A stretch of DNA of 63,758 nucleotides, filler included, from Neoconidiobolus thromboides FSU 785 (Eukaryota > Fungi > Entomophthoromycota): NCBI GenBank assembly GCA_025603075.1. It is 9 parts of 9 records of this genome, joined end to end, with 100 filler letters (N's around TTAATTAATTAA, not from the genome) between each part and the next. Parts side by side here need not be neighbours in the genome. Positions count along the whole stretch, not along the records: positions 1 to 14,588 come from MU626603.1; 8 more parts are not named here. One strand, given 5' to 3'. The translations under genes and the position numbers were made by a program. Below are positions 1 to 11,650 of the stretch, in pieces. Below the pieces are notes generated by a model. That model was not told where the DNA came from and made no database searches. It saw only the letters and a program-made list of their open reading frames with translations. Every line of letters begins with the position of its first letter. Within the stretch, counting starts at the first letter, position 1.

Positions 1-685
1 AATTAAAATGACTGAAAGTATTATTTCTAAGATTCTAAATAATACTAGTCTATATAAAAAGGATACTCAAACTATTCAGTCTGATGATCATGTCTTAGGT
101 ATCGATAAAATTTGTCTTTTGGCTAATGATGTATTACGGACTGCTGCCAAGGAATATGATTTTAGTAGATGTTTCAAATTAATCCCAAACTCAGAGACTA
201 AGTCTAGTTGTGGGCCTTGGCCTAATTATTATGAAGACAATCGTGGTTATCGTTGTAGTTCACCTAAAAAAGTTAATGAAGCCACTGCTTTAGCTTCATG
301 TCTTACAAATTTACCTTTAATTAACACCTCCAAAATGGCCTATAATAACAAAGCTTTAGGTTATATGAGAACAGCTGTTACTCTTGGTCTTTCTGCTATT
401 CCCTATGCTGGTTTAGTTTTGGCAGCTACTACCGATGCTATTTTAGGCCCTACAGCAGATGAAATCATCCTTAATGAATACAAAGATAAAGAATATGATG
501 AAAAGCTAGTAATACTTAGTGGAATTCGTAAACAAGTTTTAAAAGAAAGTGGTAATCTTGCAAAAGGATATATTAAAAAAAATTATGGTGATGTTCTTAC
601 TCAAATCAAAGGTTTATTATAGATTTATATTACTTTAAATAAATACATATATTAGATTTAATATTTGCTTTAAGATAATTTTTTA
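1..685 (+). repeat. Left arm of long inverted repeat bracketing contig 1
   Basis: Reverse complement of ~13905-14588. Only 2 differences found over 1-642, then identity drops to roughly 80% until ~685. Confidence 0.95.
8..622 (+). CDS. Orphan 204-aa protein, copy 1, inside inverted repeat
   Basis: Intact intronless ORF with a central hydrophobic segment (VTLGLSAIPYAGLVLAATTDAILGP). No family recognised. May be 5'-incomplete because the sequence starts 7 nt upstream. Confidence 0.75.
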   Translation: MTESIISKILNNTSLYKKDTQTIQSDDHVLGIDKICLLANDVLRTAAKEYDFSRCFKLIPNSETKSSCGPWPNYYEDNRGYRCSSPKKVNEATALASCLTNLPLINTSKMAYNNKALGYMRTAVTLGLSAIPYAGLVLAATTDAILGPTADEIILNEYKDKEYDEKLVILSGIRKQVLKESGNLAKGYIKKNYGDVLTQIKGLL

Positions 686-689
686 TATT

Positions 690-1480
690 ATATTGACTCA
701 AGCTTCTTAGCAATCGAATCCTTTTCACATACAGACTACTAGCGTACTTTTTGTAAACTTATCCAAAAGAATTTACCTGATAAATACTTAGCCGTTAACT
801 GTATTCCTGACCCTATTCTTTCCCATAACATTGTTCACTCCAACTCTTCACTTTCTAAACTCTTAGCCCCGCTTAACAAATCCATTTTGTTATCTCCTAA
901 ACTTAAATCCTACATTTAGTTTATTTACTCAGGTGTGACAATTTCCTGTAAACATAAAAAAGACATCAGAAAATCTGACCTGCTTGGCTTTCCTTGTCTA
1001 GTTTATAATTTCCATAATAAAACGCTATTACACCATTCTATTGAGCACAATTTTGTCTCTGTTCTTTGGAACAAAGTTTGTTATCTTTTGCTCCCTTCTA
1101 TTAATATCTTTAATGCTTCAATTATTGCAACTTTAAATAACTCCCTACTTGTGGTTGCCTTATTTGACCTTAATGTTGTTTTCTCAGCTACTGGTTCAAT
1201 TTTCCTTACAATCACAGTCATTCATACTAAAAAGATGTTCCATCCTCGATCTACTGTTTGATGTGACCCCTTTTCGAGCCGCAAAAATTCACTACTAAAG
1301 GAATTCTGTTTTGTGATACACCAAAAACTTCCAAAGTTTAGATCATTTTATACATCTTTCACCCAACCGATTTTTTCTAGCATACCGCTCTCTGTTACCA
1401 AAAATACCTTTTCTTCTCTTAAAGGCTTTTCTTCTTTCTAGTTCACCCTCTCTCAATGATTTGCACTCTCATCAATCTGT
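690..1480 (-). mobile_element. Highly degraded LTR-retrotransposon-like remnant (Ty3/gypsy-like)
   Basis: Minus-strand fragments resemble a gag zinc knuckle (FCGSKRGHIKQ*) and an integrase Zn-binding region (YLSGKFFWISLQKVR**SVCEK), with many stops. A related segment lies in opposite orientation near 4820-4990. Confidence 0.35.
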
Positions 1481-1812
1481 TTTACTTATCTGAATAAAAA
1501 CACAAGAATCCTTTTGAATTTAAAAAAAACAAACTCATATTTAGAAAAAGATTTTATGCTTTTCATAGCCTGATATTAAACTTTCTGTTAAATTTGTATT
1601 AGTGAATATACAGCTATAAAAAACTAATAATCATTTAGTAAAAATCATTCTTATAAAAAATAACTATACATTGTGAGTAACTATACAAGGCTAAAAAACC
1701 CAACATATAAAACAGATCACATACGACAGTAAACACAAAAACAACGACTTTATTTTGAACCAACAAAACAATTCAAATCAAACACTACTATTTGTAAATT
1801 CATACTTTATCT

Positions 1813-2055
1813 TTATTCATAATAGCAACAACAAGTTAGCCAGCCTAGTCCACAACATTCTCCTTTTTTATATCTACCTGATGGACCAGAACATTTCTTA
1901 CAACGATCATTACATAGTTTTCCGCCACCGATTCCTTTACATGAGCCCGCAGCTCCACAGGCTTGGATCTCAGCAGCTATATTGGCTTCTGGGGCAGCAG
2001 CAATAACAATGGAGAGAGAAGCGATGGCAATTAATAGCGTAGATTGAAATTTCAT
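1813..2055 (-). CDS. Secreted 10-Cys defensin-like peptide
   Basis: Signal peptide, short pro-region, then C-x5-C-x8-C-x3-C-x2-C-x11-CC-x6-CCC, including a CxxxC motif and a GxC gamma-core-like segment. Cationic. Confidence 0.8.
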   Translation of the reverse strand: MKFQSTLLIAIASLSIVIAAAPEANIAAEIQACGAAGSCKGIGGGKLCNDRCKKCSGPSGRYKKGECCGLGWLTCCCYYE

Positions 2056-2541
2056 CTTTTGAAAACACCTAATATTTTTTATAATTAGATCTGTCGAGGT
2101 TTTGAGCCTTTTTATACTTTTACTGTGAATGACAGCGGTTTATTATAACTCAATGACTATGCCGAATAAGATTCTTTAGTTGTTATAATAATTATAAAAA
2201 GAAGATTCGATATAATACTTATTTATTTTTAAATAGTTGATCTCCCTTTTTAAAATAAAATTCAAATGATTCAAATATTTGAAACTTTAGGACTTTCCTT
2301 AATTTAGAAGGTATTATTTTGAATTGTATTATTCTTTGTCCAAATTAATATTCAAACGCATTTTTATTTTATTTCGACTATTTTTTTAGAATATGTCATT
2401 TTATTCTATGATAAAATTGATTATTATAGAACTCATTTTAACTGTTTTGTAAATAGATCAAATATATATTTTACGAGATTTAGATTTAAACTGGTTGTGT
2501 TTTAGTATGAGAATATAATACTGAGTATGACGCTAAATGCG

Positions 2542-2637
2542 AGGGATATATTTTTTGATTTAAGAATTTACTGATAACCTTTCCATTTAAATAGCACTTA
2601 AAAAATGAAAAAGTGATGAAATCAAAAAAATACTCCC
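2542..2637 (+). mobile_element. ~100-bp GGGGATG MITE (diverged)
   Basis: Matches family consensus GGGGATGTATTTTTG...TAGCRCTTAAAAA...GTAATGAARYCAAAAAAACATCCCC. Confidence 0.8.
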
Positions 2638-2871
2638 ATATGAATTTATTCTTATTAAATGTAGAAATCAATATATTGATAGAAAGCTCACCCAACTCAG
2701 ATTGTTTTATACAAATTAAATTATTAAATATCTAACACCAATATTCAATTTAATAGATATTAAAGTATTTATATACTGTAGGGTTGAAGTCAATTTAATA
2801 GCTATTATTAATTAAAAGGTGGGATAAAAAGTTTCTGATCCAGCTTTTTAACGATTTTTCTTCTAAAATAT

Positions 2872-2968
2872 GGGGAGATGTATCTGTGTTTAGAATTTTA
2901 TTAACAAATTTTTCGCTTAAATAGTTCTTAAAAAATGGGGAAAAGGGATGAGCTAAAAAAACACTTCT
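2872..2968 (+). mobile_element. ~100-bp GGGGATG MITE (diverged)
   Basis: Family consensus match; flanks ATAT/ACAT. Confidence 0.75.
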
Positions 2969-3513
2969 ACATGTTGAAAAAGTTGAAGTTCCAGATAGCT
3001 AATCGTTGAAGGTAAATAAAAGAATAAGGGAGAGAGTGGCTATAATGTAATCATTATTAACAGTCCTTAATTTAATAGTTTATCAATATTCTAAATCGGG
3101 TTTTTGTCTCTAATTTAAAATTTAAAATCCGATATTTGAAATGGATATTTTTATACTTCTTATTGACTTTTTGATTATTTTTGAGATTTTATTCTTAGAA
3201 TTAATTACTTACAAAATTGCGTTAATGTTTCTATTAAATTAAATTGAATTGAATTATTAATTCTATTGATGTTGGAAAAATACTATTAATAAAGTTATTG
3301 ATTTTGTAATATTAAGTTGACATATTGGGTTATTGCTTAATGATAACATGATAGTTATATATTTGTAAGCTAAAAAATAAAAATAAAATATTGGAATTAT
3401 TACAGGTGCTTCATCATTAGTTGCTAATGTAAATAATAAATTGAAGCCAAATAATCTTTATTTTAATTATTACATTTTATTCGCATTTATTTCAATAATA
3501 TTATTTAATACAT

Positions 3514-3609
3514 AAGAATATTTTTTTTACTTCATTACTTTTTCCATTTTTTAAGCACTATTTGAGTGAAAAGATTGCTAGTAAATTCTTAAACAAGAAA
3601 CACATCCCC
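3514..3609 (-). mobile_element. ~100-bp GGGGATG MITE
   Basis: Reverse-orientation consensus match. Confidence 0.8.
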
Positions 3610-3699
3610 AAACATTAATCAATTAATTTCAAACTTTGAAATTTTTATTTATAAACATGATAAAATTAATAATTCAATTATTAGTAATGATAAAATAGA

Positions 3700-4495
3700 T
3701 ACAGTTTCTAAAAATGTATTAAAAATACAAAACATTGAAAATATTTACATTTTATTAAATATAATAATAAGTCATATTATTATCCGATATCTGACAGGTT
3801 AAAAAAAGTGATACAATTTCAATTAAAATCCATAGAGTTTATAAAAAAATTAAAACATCCTTTGACTTGTTTTATAAAAATAATAAAAATTTTTAGTTCC
3901 AATCTTTACTAAGCAAGTAAGTAGCTTATTAAATAATAAAAACCAACTGTTGAATACTAATATTATTTAAGTTATTAATGGCTAAATTAGTAAATAATCA
4001 AAAACTAAGTAATTCTAACAATAAATAAAAATTAACAATATTTTATTTGTATAACAGGGATGGTTAATTATAGTTTTAAGGCCAGTCACTCCCTTTGATA
4101 CAGCTATTTGTTAATTTGGTAATATATTAATAGTGCAGTTATAACATTAAGATTATTTATTTAATAGTAAATCTGCAGTATTGACAATAAAGCAGCCAAT
4201 AATGAGTATTTCTCAATGAAGTTGTATAAGACTATGTATTTATTTACATATTGTAACTTTAATTAATATCAATATACAGGTTATATTAGTAAAATTTTTG
4301 CTAATCCAGTGATTCCTATTAAATTTAGTAGGAACTCTGTAAACTTATAATAGAAATTATAACAAAATAATTTAAGACTGTGTTAGTTATTTTTAGTTTT
4401 TGATAAATAATTTATTTTTACAGAATTTTAAGCAAGGTTTTCAATATAAAATATTTAAAAATTGAATAAAAAATGAAACCAATTTAGATATCCCT
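3700..4495 (+). mobile_element. 3' portion of long Sola-like element, LTR-free (empty-site) copy
   Basis: About 3730-3925 aligns with the reverse complement of the transposase 3' region (~46840-47060). It continues through the segments that flank the LTR elsewhere and ends AATGAAACCAATTTAGATATCCCT followed by ATAT. Confidence 0.75.
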
Positions 4496-4523
4496 ATATA
4501 TAGCTGATCTTCGAGTAGAATTA

Positions 4524-4621
4524 GGGGATGTTTTTTTTGGCTTCATTACTTTTTCCACCTTTTAAACACTATTTGAGTGGAAAAATTGTTAGTAAAATTC
4601 TGAACACAAAAATACATCCCC
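4524..4621 (-). mobile_element. ~100-bp GGGGATG MITE with ATTA target duplication
   Basis: ATTA|GGGGATG...CATCCCC|ATTA. Confidence 0.9.
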
Positions 4622-6619
4622 ATTAAGGATTTTGTTTTTTGTTAAGTGAAAAATCAATAAAAAGATAAATCTATTTAAAATATTTTGAATTATTAATAAA
4701 TAATAAGATGAGAATTTAATATCTTTTTTGGGAATCTTTTATATTTCAATTCTTTTTGAAAAAAATTCAAGATGAATTTCGTGTTTTAACTGAAATAAAT
4801 ATAAAATGTAATGAGTGTGTACTAAACATTAGGGTGGAGTGAATTGGAAAGAAGGGTTCTTAAGAGAAGCAAAAATATATTTAGAAAGTGAAAGTAAGAT
4901 GTTATAAAAGAATGTCTGGATGTAGTCTGGCTCTCGAGATTTTGATCTAGACAATTCTCAGTCAACAGCGAAGGAAAAACTCTCTAGGGAGGAGGAGTTA
5001 TTCAGCTACTGTTTTAATCTTGTTCATTAATAAATTAAATTGGTATGATTTTTGTATAGATATTTAATTATTTTACTTAGAAACACAATACAAACTTCAT
5101 AATAGTAAATTTTTACTAATACAAGAAATTTCAATGTTTTATTTGACTTAAAAAGTTATACATTTAAGATAGACAAGATCAATGTTTTTTAATCCTTTTA
5201 TTCCAATTAAATGCAAATTAAATCAACTTAAATAATATAATTAATGAATTTGCATAAGATATTTGCAATGAGGAAATTGATCTAATCTGCTCAATATCTA
5301 TGCTATTGGCATTTTATTTTATTTTATTTTATTTTATTATTTATAATGTCATTGTCTTTTTGTTGTGTTGAGATTTAATTTTATCAAATGAATTTTGGTT
5401 TATTTAATATAAAATTAAAGAATAATTAAAATAAATATCAATAAATAAACAAAAATTCACTAAATAATTAATAATATTAGTTAGTTTATTTGAATATATT
5501 AATAGTCTTAAAGTGAATATTTAAATCTATTAAATTGATGCTTATTGTATTTTTGAGTTTTTATTTTGTTCTTTACTATTCTAAAACAAATAATATTAAT
5601 GTTTTAAAGTAATCAATTAAACAATCTTTACAAGCATCACAATATCTAATAATTATTAGAAGCATTAGAAACAATCTAAATTTAGTAAAAATAATATTAT
5701 AAATCAATATAAGTTAATAAGCTTGGATAAAATCATAGCAGTATAATACCGATTATTAAAATAATAACTTAATAAACTAATTTTATTAGTAACTATTTAT
5801 ATTATTAGATGTAATAAACAAACAAATAATAATTAAGCTATAAAACTAAGGAATCAATAAAAATTTATTTAAAATATATATCATAAACCAATAAATATTA
5901 ATCTACTTTTTATAGTTAAAATTATAATTCCAATTATATAATTCCAAACATTAAACAATAATTTAATTATTGTTCAATATTAACTATCTAAATTATTTGA
6001 TGTAATATAATTGTATTGTAATTACAAATATTATACTAAAGAATCTTAAATTAGATCATTGAAAGGTTCTTTATATTATCGTTAGATTTGAACCAATAGT
6101 TTAAATGTTTAAATATTTAAATAATTATAGGTAGGATACTATATAAAATTATATATCAATTCATTACTATTAATTATTGCAATTAAATTAAAGAAGATTT
6201 ATATAAAATGCAATTACATATATTGAATTATTATTCCTATTGTCTTTAATCAATCTAAATTCCTTAAGTCTTATTATAATAAAATCAAAAAGTTAGTATT
6301 AAAGTTATTGATATTTAGATCATCACTTCATCAATTACTTTATTAAGTAGTAGAATATTAAATTCATCGGATGGATACTATTATTTATTATAAAAACATA
6401 ATTTACCTTTTTTATTTTAGACTCAATATTTGTTTTTTAAATTAACTAAACAATTAACTATGAGAATTTCAGATATTAAAAATAGTCAAGTATTGAATAT
6501 TTAAATAGGCAATTTACTTGAATTTAATTTTTTATTATTAATTAGAAAATCTTAACATTATTTAATGTACTAGATTAAAGCTGATATTAAAATAAAGTTA
6601 AATAACTATAATAATATTA

Positions 6620-6756
6620 CACTAAAAGAGATCTCAAACTGTTACCCCGAAAACGTACTTTATTTGGTAAAACACGATAGTTTTTTTAAAATAAACCTTC
6701 ATATTTTACTAAATAAAGTATGTTTTTGGAGTGACAGTTTGAGATCTCTTTTAGTG
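6620..6756. mobile_element. 137-bp foldback MITE with ~53-bp TIRs, TA-flanked
   Basis: TA|CACTAAAAGAGATCTCAAACTG...CAGTTTGAGATCTCTTTTAGTG|TA. The 5 arm mismatches are all transitions. Confidence 0.85.
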
Positions 6757-7730
6757 TAGAAGTCATAAAATTAGTTGCATTTTGTAAGACCAATTTTTAT
6801 CTTTACTTTTTATTATTTTAATAATTCATAATTACTTTACCACTCATTCAATTCATAGATGTGCCTAATTTTAATCCCGATTCCATAACTATAAATAATC
6901 AAAATAAGATTAATATAAGGTGTAATAATTCATATAAGCTACTAAAAATAAGATTAATAATAGTTTTATTAAAAGTTCAATCATTTCAATCTGCAACTAA
7001 GAAAAGATTAATAGTCCATCAAATGGTGCTAAAATTCATATTTAAAAAATATATCAAAAATAATATTGAACCTCTCAATTATCATCATGTACATAAAACT
7101 CTTTCTTTAACATAAATTACTAAATCTAGTCACTTACTTTAATTAATTTTATGATTCAATAAATATATATATAAAAGAATTATTTTCGCTAGTTTTAACC
7201 AATAAAATAATAATATCTTTAAAAAAAGTGTATGAAATTTGATTTCAATATTTATTTTAGTGTTAGAATATTCAATTGCATATTATCAATTTATTTATAA
7301 AAGGACTATTATTAATCTTCTTTTTTATATGCAATTACTCAGTTTTATTCTTTAATGCAGTTAAGTAATATGTTTAAAATATTAAATTTTGTTAAATATA
7401 AATAATAATAAAAATAAAAGTTGATTATAATAATCATAATAAACTACAGTTTATGACTATATTTTAGAATCTTATTTTCAAAAGTATTTAAAAATATAAT
7501 TTATAACAAAATAACCAAAATAATCAAAATTTGTATAATAAAATAATATTGAATTTTAATTAATTAAATCGATAGTGACTAGCACTAAAAAAAGAGATAC
7601 AATAAAACAAGAGATACAGATGTAAGTACGAGTCAAAGAGTAAGATAGAAGATAACATATATACAAACGAATAAAATAGGAATCAAGCTATTAAGTTAGA
7701 TACAACTAATGATCAATATATTACATTCTA

Positions 7731-8398
7731 TTAACAAGCTTGAGAATTAGCAATCATTGGAGTTAAAGAAATTTTTATTGTTAATTCTTTATTACCATCT
7801 TTAGAATTAAAACCAAATTTTAACATCTCATCAAAATTGGGATTTAATTTGACCATTTCTTTAATATCTTGTAAATCTTCGATACAGTGATTACTATCTT
7901 CACTTGAAGTACTATTACTACTTAATCTTTTTTCATTGATTTTTGTAATGTTCACTCGACTGATTCTTTTCCATGTTTTAATTGAAGTTAGCATTATGTA
8001 AATATAAAATATTATCAATAAATGTTATATATCGTTGAATTTGAAAGTTAATTATTTAAGCTATAAAATAGATAAAGCAATAAAAAAAATAGTAAATTAT
8101 TTTACAAATTTAACACAAATATCAACTTCAATCGAGTATTTATATTCTTTTTATTTGCATTAATATCATTTATATTTTAATCATTTATTTTCTTAATTCA
8201 GCTGAATTTATTGCATAAACTAGTTGAATTACAGCACGCAATTTGATTTGTTGAAAGTCCATTCAAAATAATATTTATAAATAATTGAGTAGAATATTTT
8301 AACTTAGGATTATTCCTTGTTACTAAATTAAATATAAAAAAATAGTCAAATAAAGTATCCTTAATATGGATATCAAAAAAAAGTGTAGTTAATTTCAT
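7731..8398 (-). pseudogene. Degraded membrane-protein (7TM-like) gene
   Basis: ORFs 8198-8398 and 7731-8018 are in the same frame. The 180 nt between them read as hydrophobic helices interrupted by TAA/TAG/TGA stops. Confidence 0.5.
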
Positions 8399-9522
8399 GC
8401 TTCTTTGAACTTTATTATTATTATTTATATTTAATGGGTACTTAGAACCCGATTTAGTTCCAAATCCTCATTTGTATATTATATATAAATTTGGGAATGC
8501 TGGACGCTTATTAATATTCTTATTAATTTGAACTACAATGAAAATACTATCCTTATAAATATCGAAGTGAACTAAAAGTTAGCTATTTTCTAAGATTTAC
8601 TGAATTGAAATTCGAATTTGGAATCAAAATTATAAAGCACATAAATCAAACTTTGAAAGTAAACATCTTGTCATTGGTGGGTGTCAAACAAAAATGGCCC
8701 CTTTTATACTACTAATTCAATTTAAATGTGGGTTAGGTACTTTTGATTTTATAATTACTCATACAGAAATAGAAAATGACGTTCTATTAGAATCCATCAA
8801 ATATAAGATACAAAATACCCAATTTACATTTAAATTGAATTAATAGTTACTGATAAACTTCTATTTTTAAAGTTGCATAATAAAATATTAAAAAATCGAC
8901 AATTATAGTCATTATCTATTTATTTCATATAAAATGAGCTATCCTTATTTTAATTATTCTTGAGAATTTTATTTGCGTAAAATTGATCTTACTATTATTG
9001 ATATCAAGCTTTTTATATGATTATTTTATTTTTATTTTATTTTCAGTCGAATAATAAAAGTGAAATCGAAATTAATATCAAACTTCTTCAAATGACTTAG
9101 CTTAAAATTAATACTTTAAATACTTTACTGCGATCAATATTGAGTGGCAGCTCAGTAATAAAATTCAAGAATTTAAGGCTTGCATTCAAAATCATCTTCT
9201 GAATAATAATGTATTTTAATAATATATTTAAGCCAAAATACGGCTTATTTTAAGGGACACTTCGATTTCAATTATCGAATTGTTGAGTGTTGAAAATAAT
9301 CAAACAGAACCAATATCAATAAAAGACATAGTCACAATTATACGGTTCATTAATTTTTAGCTTATTTTTTATTAAGTTGAACTTGGATAAAAATGGTCAA
9401 TAGTCCTTATATTAAATTCACTAATAAACTAGTAGCTTAAGTTGAGAAGTAAGCTATTTTAAACAAAAAATAGCATCATAATTATTGACTTTTTTTAATT
9501 TGGAAGAATGAGATCAGTATAT

Positions 9523-9621
9523 GGAGATATATTTTTATGTTTAAGAATTTTACTGACAATTTTTCCGCTTAAATAGTGCTTGAAAAATGGAAAAAGTGAT
9601 GAAACCAAAAAAACATCCCAC
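9523..9621 (+). mobile_element. ~100-bp GGGGATG MITE
   Basis: Family consensus match. Confidence 0.85.
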
Positions 9622-10380
9622 ATTAAGTTTTTGTAATCAATTTGTGTTTCTCTCTATGTGTTTCTTATTAAAGATTGTGAATAAATTTTGAAAAAAACTC
9701 TAAGGCATACTTGTTTTCTTTTCTTGCATCAAAAGAACTCATCAATTATAGCAATGTTACTAGTTGAAAGCATTTTGATTTAATTTTTTTTTTAAAAATT
9801 AAGGACTATTGAAACTTTATTCAAATTTTAATTAAATGTGATTTCTTTTTTCACCGCCAGGGGCAAAGTGTTAGAATCTTTAGTTTTATATTTAAACATC
9901 AAGTTAAAATTCCAAGTCAAAATTCGCTTGGGATTAGATCCCAACTGTTGAAGTCTCAACGTATATTATTTAGTAATGATTTTATAAACGATGTTTTATG
10001 TTATATTGATTTAACCTTAATTGTTAAATTTTGATACTTAAATGAAAGCTCAATTAACACACATTTGAGCTTCAACAGTTATGAATAAATTTCATCAATA
10101 TTACACAACACTTAAAAATGCTTTGTTCTGAAATAATGCCTTGAATTTCAAGTAAATTTTAGTTATTATTTATTATTTATGGATCAACTACTAATTAACA
10201 AAAACAATAAAAAGATAAGTCAAAAACAAAGTAAAGTATCAGTGATATAATGATAGTTACCAATTTAAAAACTTTAATCACAATATATATTAGACTAACA
10301 GTTTATCTTTCATTTATTATAACGTATTATATATTCTTAATGTAATTAAAAATAATACCAATTTGAGGAATATTAAAGAT

Positions 10381-10480
10381 GGGAGTGTTTTTTTTTAACT
10401 TCATTATTTTTTCCATTTTTTAAGCGCTATTTAAGCGGAAAATTTGTTAGTAAAACTCTTAAACATAAAAATACATCCCC
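10381..10480 (-). mobile_element. ~100-bp GGGGATG MITE
   Basis: Reverse consensus match; flanks AGAT/ATAT. Confidence 0.85.
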
Positions 10481-11403
10481 ATATAATTATTACTCAATTC
10501 AATCTCAGTCATTGAAAACTTCATTTTGGTATTTCCTAAGTTCTTTCTACCTAGAAACTTTAAAGCTCTCTTTAACTATTTTTGATTCTTTTAATATTAA
10601 TTTATGAGTTCATTTGATTATCTCACTTATTGCTAGTGATACATTCAAGCTATGAATATTTCCTTTTATAATACACTTCGGTATCCTTTAAATAATCCGG
10701 TTTAGAAAAATGAAATTTAGAATATTAAGGAGAGGTACATCTTTATTTAAAATTGTTATATCAAGGTCAATGGAAGTAGCATTTGAAACACAGTAGGTTG
10801 TAAAACGGTAATTGACCTTTTCAATTACTTTTAATATATAAATTAAATTTGATATATATCTTTAGATGTATTAATTTATACTCAAGATTTATTGTTTTTA
10901 TGGTTTTGATTCTCTGTAAATATATAGATTTAATATAATTCTATAAATATAATTGCTTCTATTTAATTTTATATCTAAGTTACGATGTTTTTATGTGTAA
11001 GCTTAAGCACTATAACTTTTTTAAACTTTATGTTAAATAGAAAATAACTAAAATGATAAAATAAAATAGAATGACCCTTATATGAGTTTATAGTATTAAA
11101 TTTAAGTTAAAATGAATAGTTTTAGCTATAGCTCTAACTGCTTTTAAATATCATTTTGAATATCATTTAACTAAAATAATTTCAACTAACATTTAATAAA
11201 AAGTTAATTTCAATTTTTATTAATGAAGTTCAAGTTGCTTCTATCGAAATAAATAATAAATATAAATCTTAAACTTGCCATCTCTATAAAAACTTTATTA
11301 AGTTTTTTCAAACATAGTCAGTCAATTTTGAATTTTTCAGTAAACTTGAATCAACTAATCAAAGTCAGTTCAAGTTGAAATTTAGTTTAAAAATTCAAGG
11401 TAT

Positions 11404-11501
11404 GGGGATGTATTTTTATATTTAAGAATTTTAGCAACAAATTTTCCACTCAAATAGCGCTTAAAAATGGAAAAAATAATGAAGTCAAAAAAAACACTCC
11501 C
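11404..11501 (+). mobile_element. ~100-bp GGGGATG MITE upstream of P450
   Basis: Family consensus match; flanks GTAT/ATAT; ends 150 bp before the P450 ATG. Confidence 0.9.
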
Positions 11502-11650
11502 ATATCTTGAGACAATCAAAAAGAGTTCGGAACAACTAAATTTTTTCAGAGATGTAAAAATCGTAAAACTGTGCAAAAAAAAACAATGCTTCAAATAAAT
11601 AATGAAAAAAAGAGTATAAAAGATTAGATTCTATTTAAAAGTGAACAATA

